Notes under the pieces: generated by a model
What the model saw: only the letters and a program-made list of their open reading frames with translations
What the model was told of the DNA's origin: nothing
The model's database searches: none
Part shown: piece by piece, positions 50,061-61,800 of the stretch
Position numbering within the stretch: position 1 is the stretch's first letter
How the letters are laid out: every line of letters begins with the position of its first letter
NCBI GenBank assembly: GCA_040954595.2
Contig: CM082589.2
Location: 8,750,232 to 8,814,231, forward strand
Direction of reading: 5' to 3'
Length of the DNA: 64,000 nt
Origin: Balanoglossus misakiensis
Taxonomy: Eukaryota; Animalia; Hemichordata
Translations under genes and position numbers: made by a program

Positions 50061-50331
50061 TAGGTCCACTTGCGGCACGCTGATTGGAGGGACCTTATGT
50101 GTTAGGTCTTATTATTATGTATTATTCACTAGACCTTGTAGGTTAGGTCTTATTACTATGGATTATTCACTTTACAGCGCCCTGATTGGTTAGTGTGTAG
50201 GTCTGGTCCTCCAGTGTTCACTGCCTCATTATGCAGGACCTTGTAGGTTAGGTCCTATTAATATGTATTTATTCAATTTTCAGCTTCCTGATTGGTTAAT
50301 GTGTAGGTCTCCAGTTTTCGCTGCCTCGTTA
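50061..50331. repeat. Left subterminal inverted arm of the DNA element, internally repetitive
   Basis: Reverse complement of about 51070-51345, e.g. GGTCCACTTGCGGCACGCTGATTGGAGGGACC vs GGTCCCTCCAATCAGCGTGCCGCAAGTGGACC. Contains repeated GACCTTGTAGGTTAGGTC and TGATTGG modules. Confidence 0.88.
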
Positions 50332-51069
50332 TGCAAAGTCTTTTGTACTTTCTGAATACAGATGTCGTATTCTGTCTGGCATGCTGCCTGCGCGTGGTCG
50401 AAGCTCGATCCCAATGTATAAAGAAAGGCACTCATATAATGATTGGATTTCACATTTTCCTTCACACTATTCATGGCATTTTATGTGATACTGTGAACTA
50501 GATACTCGAAATAAAAATTGCCAGGAGAAATTTCGTATTTTATTTCCAGTGGCGGTTTGTTGAAATGGGCTAGTGTTTTGTTACGTAATGCCTTTCAGCG
50601 CATCACTTCGTGTAACACCTGGCTGAATACGAAGTGTGTGCTATTCATTCGAGCAAACCAAAAATATCTTACAATGGAAATGTTTAGAATAGCATTACTT
50701 CTTTCACGAAGCTGCACCGTCATAGTTCAATTTTTATGAAAACAATATACGAATGTATAAACGGACAACGTGCTCCTTATCACAACATCTTCGTCAAAAC
50801 AAATTTACTTTAAAATAGTAAAACAACAATAATAATATTGATGATGAGAAGTAGGAGGGTGATTAAAAAAATATACAACTGTTAGCAAAAATGCTTAGAT
50901 GAGTTAATCAGATTTTCAAAGTCCATCTAAAAATCATTTAATCTTTCCACGGTTTATGTTGGAGATAGTATCAGTCAGGCAATTTCTCAGAAAATCAATG
51001 AATGATCTGCGGACATCCCGAATAATGTGTTACCACAACGCTAGCCAGGAAGCACATGGGACATTTCAC

Positions 51070-51345
51070 AATGAGGCAGTGAACACTGGGGGACCAGACT
51101 GACACGTTAACCAATCAGGGAGCTGTATGGTGAATAAATACATATTAATAAGACCTAACCTACAAGGTCCTGTATAATGAGGCAGTGAACACATGGGGGA
51201 CCAGACTGACACGTTAACCAATCAGGGAGCTGTAAAGTGAATAATGCATAGTAATAAGACCTAACCTACAAGGTCTAATGAATAATACATAGTAATAAGA
51301 CCTAACCTACAAGGTCCCTCCAATCAGCGTGCCGCAAGTGGACCT
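51070..51345. repeat. Right subterminal inverted arm with ~107-bp and ~40-bp internal tandem units
   Basis: AATGAGGCAGTGAACAC...AACCAATCAGGGAGCTGTA occurs twice (~51070, ~51176). TAATAAGACCTAACCTACAAGGTC occurs three times. Confidence 0.88.
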
Positions 51346-51557
51346 TAGAGAAGCGGATAAACCAATCAGAACATGCAATACATGTGTATAGGACGTGTAA
51401 TGTAGGTCATTTTGAAACAGGACTAGTAAGACCTAACACATAAGGTCCCTCCAATCAGCGAGCCGCAAGTGGACCTTAGAGAAGCGGATAAACCAATCAG
51501 AACATGTAATACGTGTGCAAAGGACCTGTAATGTAGGTCATTTTGAAACAGGACTAG
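51296..51557. repeat. Tandem duplication (2 x 131 bp) of the element's right terminus
   Basis: TAAGACCTAAC...TGTAATGTAGGTCATTTTGAAACAGGACTAG occurs at 51296-51426 and 51427-51557, with several differences between the copies. Confidence 0.9.
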
Positions 51558-54500
51558 TTCAACACTTCATAAGCGGTCTTACCCGTCATTGGCACAAACA
51601 GTCTCAGGAAGTAAGCTTTCAGCCTACCAATGCAGCTATTGTATTTTCCACTTTTTGTAAGTGAAGCCTGACTGTCGCCTGTCTTAGGTCACCACTTCAT
51701 AAGCGGTTTTACCCGTCATTGGCACAAACAGTCTCAGGAAGTAAGCTTTCAGCCTACCAATGTAGCTATTGTATTTTCCACTTTTTATAAGTGAAGCCTG
51801 ACTGTCGCCTGTCTTAGGTCACCACTTCATAAGCGGTCTTACCCGTCATTGGCACAAACAGTCTCAGGAAGTAAGCTTTCAGCCTACCAATGTAGCTATT
51901 TTATTTTCCACTTTTTGTAAGTGAAGCCTGACTGTCGCCTGTCTTAGGTCAACACTTCATAAGCGGTCTTACCCGTCATTGGCACAAACAGTCTCAGGAA
52001 GTAAGCTTTCAGCCTACCAATGTAGCTATTATATTTTCCACTTTTTGTAAGTGAAGCCTGACTGTCGCCTGTCTTAGGTCACCACTTCATAAGCGGTCTT
52101 ACCCGTCATTGGCACAAACAGTCTCAGGAAGTAAGCTTTCAGCCTACCAATGTAGCTATTGTATTTTCCACTTTTTGTAAGTGAAGCCTGACTTTCGCCT
52201 GTCTTAGGTCACCACTTCATAAGCGGTCTTACCCGTCATTGGCACAAACAGTCTCAGGAAGTAAGCTTACAGCCTACCAATGTAGCTATTGTATTTTCCA
52301 CTTTTTGTAAGTGAAGCCTGACTGTCGCCTGTCTTAGGTCACCACTTCATAAGCGGTCTTACCCGTCATTGGCACAAACAGTCTCAGGAAGTAAGCTTTC
52401 AGCCTACCAATGTAGCTATTGTATTTTCCACTTTTTGTAAGTGAAGCCTGACTGTCGCCTGTCTTAGGTCACCACTTCATAAGCGGTCTTACCCGTCATT
52501 GGCACAAACAGTCTCAGGAAGTAAGCTTTCAGCCTACCAATGTAGCTATCGTATTTTCCACTTTTTGTAAGTGAAGCCTGACTGTCGCCTGTCTTAGGTC
52601 ACCACTTCATAAGCGGTCTTACCCGTCATTGGCACAAACAGTCTCAGGAAGTAAGCTTTCAGCCTACCAATGTAGCTATTTTATTTTCCACTTTTTGTAA
52701 GTGAAGCCTGACTGTCGCCTGTCTTAGGTCAACACTTCATAAGCGGTCTTACACGTCATTGGCACAAACAGTCTCAGGAAGTAAGCTTTCAGCCTACCAA
52801 TGTAGCTATTATATTTTCCACTTTTTGTAAGTGAAGCCTGACTGTCGCCTGTCTTAGGTCACCACTTCATAAGCGGTCTTACCCGTCATTGGCACAAACA
52901 GTCTCAGGAAGTAAGCTTTCAGCCTACCAATGTAGCTATTGTATTTTTCACTTTTTGTAAGTGAAGCCTGACTGTCGCCTGTCTTAGGTCAACACTTCAT
53001 AAGCGGTCTTACCCGTCATTGGCACAAACAGTCTCAGGAAGTAAGCTTTCAGCCTACCAATGTAGCTATTATATTTTCCACTTTTTGTAAGTGAAGCCTG
53101 ACTGTCGCCTGTCTTAGGTCACCACTTCATAAGCGGTCTTACCCGTCATTGGCACAAACAGTCTCAGGAAGTAAGCTTTCAGCCTACCAATGTAGCTATT
53201 GTATTTTCCACTTTTTGTAAGTGAAGCCTGACTTTCGCCTGTCTTAGGTCACCACTTCATAAGCGGTCTTACCCGTCATTGGCACAAACAGTCTCAGGAA
53301 GTAAGCTTACAGCCTACCAATGTAGCTATTGTATTTTCCACTTTTTGTAAGTGAAGCCTGACTGTCGCCTGTCTTAGGTCACCACTTTATAAGCGGTCTT
53401 ACCCGTCATTGGCACAAACAGTCTCAGGACGTAAGCCCTCAGCCTACCAATGTAGCTATTGTATTTTCCACTTTTTGTAAGTGAAGCCTGACTGTCGCCT
53501 GTCTTAGGTCACCACTTCATAAGCGGTCTTACCCGTCATTGGCACAAACAGTCTCAGGAAGTAAGCTTTCAGCCTACCAATGTAGCTATTGTATTTTCCA
53601 CTTTTTGTAAGTGAAGCCTGACTGTCGCCTGTCTTAGGTCACCACTTCATAAGCGGTCTTACCCGTCATTGGCACAAACAGTCTCAGGAAGTAAGCTTTC
53701 AGCCTACCAATGTAGCTATTTTATTTTCCACTTTTTGTAAGTGAAGCCTGACTGTCGCCTGTCTTAGGTCAACACTTCATAAGCGGTCTTACACGTCATT
53801 GGCACAAACAGTCTCAGGAAGTAAGCTTTCAGCCTACCAATGTAGCTATTATATTTGCCACTTTTTGTAAGTGAAGCCTGACTGTCGCCTGTCTTAGGTC
53901 ACTACTTCATAAGCGGTCTTACCCGTCATTGGCACAAACAGTCTCAGGAAGTAAGCTTTCAGCCTACCAATGTAGCTATAATATTTTTTACTTTTTGTAA
54001 GTGAAGCCTGACTGTCGCCTGTCTTAAGTCACCACTTCATAAGCGGTCTTACCCGTCATTGGCACAAACAGTCTCAGGAAGTAAGCTTTCAGCCTACCAA
54101 TGTAGCTATTGTATTTTCCACTTTTTGTAAGTGAAGCCTGACTGTCGCCTGTCTTAGGTCACCACTTCATAAGCGGTCTTACCCGTCATTGGCACAAACA
54201 GTCTCAGGAAGTAAGCTTTCAGCCTACCAATGTAGCTATTTTATTTTCCACTTTTTGTAAGTGAAGCCTGACTGTCGCCTGTCTTAGGTCACCACTTCAT
54301 AAGCGGTCTTACCCGTCATCTGCACAAACAGTCTCAGGAAGTAAGCTTTCAGCCTACCAATGTAGCTATTTTATTTTCCACTTTTTGTAAGTGAAGCCTG
54401 ACTGTCGCCTGTCTTAGGTCAACACTTCATAAGCGGTCTTACCCGTCATTGGCACAAACAGTCTCAGGAAGTAAGCTTTCAGCCTACCAATGTAGCTATT

Positions 54501-57500
54501 ATATTTTCCACTTTTTGTAAGTGAAGCCTGTCTGTCGCCTGTCTTAGGTCACCACTTCATAAGCGGTCTTACCCGTCATTGGCACAAACAGTCTCAGGAA
54601 GTAAGCTTTCAGCCTACCAATGTAGCTATTGTATTTTCCACTTTTTGTAAGTGAAGGCTGACTGTCGCCAGTCTTAGGTCACCACTTCATAAGCGGTCTT
54701 ACCCGTCATTGGCACAAACAGTCTCAGGAAGTAAGCTTTCAGCCTACCAATGTAGCTATTGTATTTTCCACTTTTTGTAAGTGAAGCCTGACTGTCGCCT
54801 GTCTTAGGTCACCACTTCATAAGCGGTCTTACCCGTCATTGGCACAAACAGTCTCAGGAAGTAAGCTTTCAGCCTACCAATGTAGCTATTGTATTTTCCA
54901 CTTTTTGTAAGTGAAGCCTGACTGTCGCCTGTCTTAGGTCACCACTTCATAAGCGGTCTTACCCGTCATTGGCACAAACAGTCTCAGGAAGTAAGCTTTC
55001 AGCCTACCAATGTAGCTATTATATTTTCCACTTTTTGTAAGTGAAGCCTGACTGTCGCCTGTCTTAGGTCACCACTTCATAAGCGGTCTTACCCGTCATT
55101 GGCACAAACAGTCTCAGGAAGTAAGCTTTCAGCCTACCAATGTAGCTATTGTATTTTCCACTTTTTGTAAGTGAAGCCTGACTGTCGCCTGTCTTAGGTC
55201 ACCACTTCATAAGCGGTCTTACCTGTCATTGGCACAAACAGTCTCAGGAAGTAAGCTTTCAGCCTACCAATGTAGCTATTGTATTTTCCACTTTTTGTAA
55301 GTGAAGCCTGACTGTCGCCTGTCTTAGGTCACCACTTCATAAGCGGTCTTACCCGTCATTGGCACAAACAGTCTCAGGAAGTAAGCTTTCAGCCTACCAA
55401 TGAAGCTATTGTATTTTCCACTTTTTGTAAGTGAAGCCTGACTGTCGCCTGTCTTAGGTCACCACTTCATAAGCGGTCTTACCCGTCATTGGCACAAACA
55501 GTCTTAGGAAGTAAGCTTTCAGCCTACCAATGAAGCTATTGTATTTTCCACTTTTTGTAAGTGAAGCCTGACTGTCGCCTGTCTTAGGTCACCACTTCAT
55601 AAGCGGTCTTACCCGTCATTGGCACAAACAGTCTCAGGAAGTAAGCTTTCAACCTACCAATGAAGCTATTGTATTTTCCACTTTTTGTAAGTGAAGCCTG
55701 ACTGTCGCCTGTCTTAGGTCACCACTTCATAAGCGGTCTTACCCGTCATTGGCACAAACAGTCTCAGGAAGTAAGCTTTCAGCCTACCAATGTAGCTATT
55801 GTATTTTCCACTTTTTGTAAGTGAAGCCTGACTGTCGTCTGTCTTAGGTCACCACTTCATAAGCGGTCTTACCCGTCATTGGCACAAACAGTCTCAGGAA
55901 GTAAGCTTACAGCCTACCAATGTAGCTATTGTATTTTCCACTTTTTGTAAGTGAAGCCTGACTGTCGCCTGTCTTAGGTCACCACTTCATAAGCGGTCTT
56001 ACCCGTCATTGGCACAAACAGTCTCAGGAAGTAAGCTTTCAGCCTACCAATGTAGCTATTGTATTTTCCACTTTTTGTAAGTGAAGCCTGACTGTCGCCT
56101 GTCTTGGGTCACCACTTCATAAGCGGTCTTACCCGTCATTGGCACAAACAGTCTCAGGAAGTAAGCTTACAGCCTACCAATGTAGCTATTGTATTTTCCA
56201 CTTTTTGTAAGTGAAGCCTGACTGTCGCCTGTCTTAGGTCACCACTTCATAAGCGGTCTTACTCGTCATTGGCACAAACAGTCTCAGGAAGTAAGCTTTC
56301 AGCCTACCAATGTAGCTATTATATTTTCCACTTTTTGTAAGTGAAGCCTGACTGTCGCCTGTCTTAGGTCACCACTTCATAAGCGGTCTTACCCGTCATT
56401 GGCACAAACAGTCTTAGGAAGTAAGCTTTCAGCCTACCAATGTAGCTATTGTATTTTCCACTTTTTGTAAGTGAAGCCTGACTGTCGCCAGTCTTAGGTC
56501 ACCACTTCATAAGCGGTCTTACCCGTCATTGGCACAAACAGTCTCAGGAAGTAAGCTTCCAGCCTACCAATGTAGCTATTGTATTTTCCACTTTTTGTAA
56601 GTGAAGCCTGACTGTCGCCTGTCTTAGGTCACCACTTCATAAGCGGTCTTACCCGTCATTGGCACAAACAGTCTCAGGAAGTAAGCTTTCAGCCTACCAA
56701 TGTAGCTATTGTATTTTCCACTTTTTGTAAGTGAAGCCTGACTGTCGCCTGTCTTAGGTCACCACTTCATAAGCGGTCTTACCCGTCATTGGCACAAACA
56801 GTCTCAGGAAGTAAGCTTTCAGCCTACCAATGTAGCTATTATATTTTCCACTTTTTGTAAGTGAAGCCTGACTGTCGCCTGTCTTAGGTCACCACTTCAT
56901 AAGCGGTCTTACCCGTCATTGGCACAAACAGTCTCAGGAAGTAAGCTTTCAGCCTACCAATGTAGCTATTGTATTTTCCACTTTTTGTAAGTGAAGCCTG
57001 ACTGTCGCCTGTCTTAGGTCAACACTTCATAAGCGGTCTTACCCGTCATTGGCACAAACAGTCTCAGGAAGTAAGCTTTCAGCCTACCAATGTAGCTATT
57101 TATTTTCCACTTTTTGTAAGTGAAGCCTGACTGTCGCCTGTCTTGAGCTGTCTTAGGTCACCACTTCATAAGCGGTCTTACCCGTCATTGGCACAAACAG
57201 TCTCAGGAAGTAAGCTTTCAGCCTACCAATGTAGCTATTTTATTTTCCACTTTTTGTAAGTGAAGCCTGACTGTCGCCTGTCTTAGGTCAACACTTCATA
57301 AGCGGTCTTACCCGTCATTGGCACAAACAGTCTCAGGAAGTAAGCTTTCAGCCTACCTATGAAGCTATTGTATTTTCCACTTTTTGTAAGTGAAGCCTGA
57401 CTGTCGCCTGTCTTAGGTCACCACTTCATAAGCGGTCTTACCCGTCATTGGCACAAACAGTCTCAGGAAGTAAGCTTTCAGCCTACCAATGTAGCTATTG

Positions 57501-58704
57501 TATTTTCCACTTTTTGTAAGTGAAGCCTGACTGTCGCCTGTCTTAGGTCACCACTTCTTAAGCGGTCTTACGCGTCATTGGCACAAACTGTCTCAGGAAG
57601 TAAGCTTTCAGCGTACCAATGTAGCTATTGTATTTTCCACTTTTTGTAAGTGAAGCCTGACTGTCGCCAGTCTTAGGTCACCACTTCATAAGCGGTCTTA
57701 CCCGTCATTGGCACAAACAGTCTCAGGAAGTAAGCTTTCAGCCTACCAATGTAGCTATTGTATTTTCCACTTTTTGTAAGTGAAGCCTGACTGTCGCCTG
57801 TCTTAGGTCACCACTTCATAAGCGGTCTTACCCGTCATTGGCACAAACAGTCTCAGGAAGTAAGCTTTCAGCCTACCAATGTAGCTATTGTATTTTCCAC
57901 TTTTTGTAAGTGAAGCCTGACTGTCGCCTGTCTTAGGTCACCACTTCATAAGCGGTCTTACCCGTCATTGGCACAAACAGTCTCAGGAAGTAAGCTTTCA
58001 GCCTACCAATGTAGCTATTATATTTTCCACTTTTTGTAAGTGAAGCCTGACTGTCGCCTGTCTTAGGTCACCACTTCATAAGCGGTCTTACTCGTCATTG
58101 GCACAAACAGTCTCAGGAAGTAAGCTTTCAGCCTACCAATGTAGCTATTGTATTTTCCACTTTTTGTAAGTGAAGCCTGACTGTCGCCTGTCTTAGGTCA
58201 CCACTTCATAAGCGGTCTTACCCGTCATTGGCACAAACAGTCTCAGGAAGTAAGCTTTCAGCCTACCAATGTAGCTATTTATTTTCCACTTTTTGTAAGT
58301 GAAGCCTGACTGTCGCCTGTCTTAGGTCACCACTTCATAAGCGGTCTTACCCGTCATTGGCACAAACAGTCTCAGGAAGTAAGCTTTCAGCCTACCAATG
58401 TAGCTATTTTATTTTCCACTTTTTGTAAGTGAAGCCTGACTGTCGCCTGTCTTAGGTCAACACTTCATATGCGGTCTTACCCGTCATTGGCACAAACAGT
58501 CTCAGGAAGTAAGCTTTCAGCCTACCAATGAAGCTATTGTATTTTCCACTTTTTGTAAGTGAAGCCTGACTGTCGCCTGTCTTAGGTCACCACTTCATAA
58601 GCGGTCTTACCCGTCATTGGCACAAACAGTCTCAGGAAGTAAGCTTTCAGCCTACCAATGTAGCTATTGTATTTTCCACTTTTTGTAAGTGAAGCCTGAC
58701 TGTC
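51556..58704. repeat. Satellite block 3, about 55 monomers
   Basis: Same monomer and orientation. Includes an 8-monomer duplication (ACTTTCGCC at ~52191/53231, GCTTAC at ~52265/53305) and many singleton SNPs. Confidence 0.99.
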
Positions 58705-58722
58705 TTTTTTTTTTTTTTTTTT
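58705..58722 (-). other. Poly(A) tail (A18) of the Tx1 element
   Basis: Pure T18 on the plus strand. The minus strand reads GGAAATAAAAA..., so AATAAA runs directly into the tail. Confidence 0.92.
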
Positions 58723-58859
58723 ATTTCCATTCATTTAATCTTACATGTATCATAAAGATAAATCGTGTTTTGATGAAAAAAAATAAATAAATAAATAAAA
58801 AATAATACTATATAAAAAGAGATTCACCAGGTACATTTGTTTAACAAAATAATTACATC

Positions 58860-61800
58860 TCAGACGGAAGCAAGGATTTTCTTCCAATAATGGGTGAAAT
58901 CTAGATTATTATTCCTTTTGAGTATTTGGTGCATAAATTGTAGGTATCTGTAAAATATATCGAAATTGGTTTTTGCTCTAATGCTGTTAATATCATGTTG
59001 TAAATGGACCCATGAAGCGAATACACAATACTTTGCAATAGTTATGACAATGTTTACAAATCTATAAAGAGGATGACTGTACATAGTTTTGTAACCAAGA
59101 ATAATAGTTTCTAAGTCGACCTCATGACATATGCCAAGTTTGCTGAGCAAAGCAGATAAACGCTGCCAAAAATCCCCTAAACGTTGACATTTTAAAAATA
59201 GATGCTCATAAGAATCAGTTACATTACAAAGACAACATAGATCATTTTTACTAATTTTCCATCTTAAAAGATTGATGCCACATGGCAAAATGTTATGCAT
59301 AATCTTAAAGTTAAATTCAGCAAGTTTCCTATCACAACACAATCCAGTCGTTTGGTTAACCCATATAGTTCTCCACTGTAGTGGAGTAGTCATGGTCAAA
59401 CGACGATTCCATGTATTTTCACAATATGGACGAATAAAACGATTTTGCACAAAAATACTGTAAAAAAATTTTGAAGTAAGGCGAGACAGATCATTAGGTA
59501 AAACAAAAACTTTTCCATTGACATGAAGAAAATTCTTTTCTCTACGCATCTGATGCAACTGAGTACCTTTCAACACAGACTTCCATTCTCTGGGAATAAG
59601 ATTCCGCAACTTCATCCATTCAACTATCCAATTTGACTTATTCTCGAGTTTTTGTAACAACAGTGTAGGTGGAAGAAAATCGCCGTTGGTATCGACAATG
59701 TCCTGGACATAGATAATATTTGAGTGAATCCAACCAGGGAAAAAAAGAGTCTTACCATTATCTGAAATGTTGACATTACCCCAGATAATTTGATTACGCA
59801 CATCTAAATGACTGAGTTTGGAGAAAGTGACGCAACCACCTTTTGCACTATGCCAAGCTGAAATTACATGTTTATAGAAAAAGGGAATTCTCTCGAGAAA
59901 TGGGAAACAGGAAATGTTGCTAAAATTGAAATGAAAAATAAGAAAATCTGGACCATAGTGCCCGAGCCAATGCAGTGGCAAGGCCTTCCATTTGGCAGAA
60001 GAATTGTCACATAATCTACGAACCCATGATGCACAAAAGGCGTCATGGATGGCAAAAATGTCAGGCATGTTTAGTCCCCCGCAATCATAAGGGCCAATGA
60101 GTGTGAGCCTTTTGATTTTGTCTGGCTTGTCATTCCACAGGAATTTGAAAATAAGACGGTTGATATTCGTGAGCCACGTTTCAAAAGCACCAAGATTAAG
60201 CATAAGGTAGTAAATTGTGGGCAGTGCCAAAGACTTTAAAACCGTAATTTTGCCATAAAGGCTCAGCTTACGTCGTGACCAGATGTTGAGCACGCTTTTA
60301 AGCCTTTCAATTTTCTTTTCCCAATTCAAAAGTAGACATTTCAGTCGATCGTATCCAAAGAAAACCCCAAGGGATTTTATAGGCTGTTGCTCCCACATCA
60401 AACCCCCAGGTTTATCATTCCTGTTTTTCCAAGCACCAAGCCAAAGACCCTCTGATTTGCTAACATTAAGCTGTAACCCAGAAACTGACCCAAAGGATTT
60501 GACCACGTCAATCGCTCTAAGAATGGAAACGTCATCTGATACAAAAAGAGTTGTATCGTCAGCAACCTGCGAAATTTTGATTTCAGTAAGAGTGGGGAAG
60601 AAGACAGACACGTTATTAATATTAATCCCAACAATGTCACGGCTTTGACGGATGTGCGTTGCCATGACTTCAACTGCTAGCAAGAATAAAAGGGCAGACA
60701 GGGGACAACCTTGACGTATTCCTCGATGAAGACCAAAATAAGTTGACGACCAACCATTATTGATAACACAGCTTTCACAGGAATTGTACATGGTTTTTAT
60801 CGTGCCAATAAAGTTTTCGCCAAAATTAAACTTGTGCAATACTGCGAAAAGAAAATTTCTCTCAAGCGTATCAAATGCCTTTGAAAAATCCAGAAAAAGG
60901 ATTGCACCCTCCAGATCCTCATCCCCCGTATAATCAATAATATCTTGAATAAGACGTATGTTTTGACCAATATACCTGCCCTTGATATAAGCAGTTTGGT
61001 CCGGACTGATAAGTTTCGGGAGAACAGTTTGCAAACGTCTCGCAAAAGCCATTGCCAAAATTTTGTAATCAGTGTTGAGAAGACTGATTGGTCTCCAATT
61101 TAACAGCTGATCACGCTCTTCTTTTTTGTGAATGAGTTTAATGATAGCACGTCTTTGTGAGGGAGACAGCGTTCCTTTAGTTAGGCCTTCAATAATTGAA
61201 TCGAAAACAAGTGGTCCTATAAACTCCCAGCAAGTTTTGTAAAATTCTGCTGGTAATCCGTCGGGTCCGGGCGTTTTGCCATTTTTCAGACTTTTTACCG
61301 ATTCAGTGCATTCTTGGAACATAAAATCCCTATCAAGACATGCTTTCTCTCCTTCAGATAAAACGTTTTCTGGGTAAATTAAACGTAAATACTCAGCAAT
61401 GTTATTTTCGGAAATATTGCTCGAGGTGTACAGCTTACTATAAAAACTTTTGCAACAGTCTATAATCTCTTGTGTGGAAGTAACAGTACGGCCATCATCA
61501 GAACACTTTAAAGAATCAATTGTACTGACACGAGCTTGCTTGCGCTCAAGATTTAAAAAATACTTAGTCGGTTTTTCCCCCTTAAGTGACCAGTTCACCC
61601 TTGACCTTATTCTGGCACCTTCCACTTGGTAGTCGTACCATTTGTTAATTTGGTCCTTTACCACACTGTACTGAGACAAAGTATGCGAGCTCAAATTGTC
61701 ATCGAGATCACGCTCTATTTGTTGTAAACGTTTCTCTAAATGTTTGATCTCTTCTCTTCTTTTCTTGGCAAGCTCTTTTGAATAACAAATTGTAAACTCT

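Larger units (their letters stand above)
49993..51555. mobile_element. Non-autonomous DNA transposon (MITE/foldback-like), 1563 bp, probable 3-bp AGT TSD
   Basis: Perfect terminal IR AGTCCTGTTTCA (49993-50004) / TGAAACAGGACT (51544-51555), with AGT on both flanks (49990-49992, 51556-51558). About 270-bp subterminal inverted arms, an AT-rich core and no transposase ORF. The satellite resumes in register. Confidence 0.85.

Noticed and set aside
50280-50739. 64-aa and 73-aa ORFs inside the DNA element as transposase remnants
   Set aside because: No DDE, HTH, Myb or Rep/helicase motifs are recognisable, and the lengths are compatible with chance.
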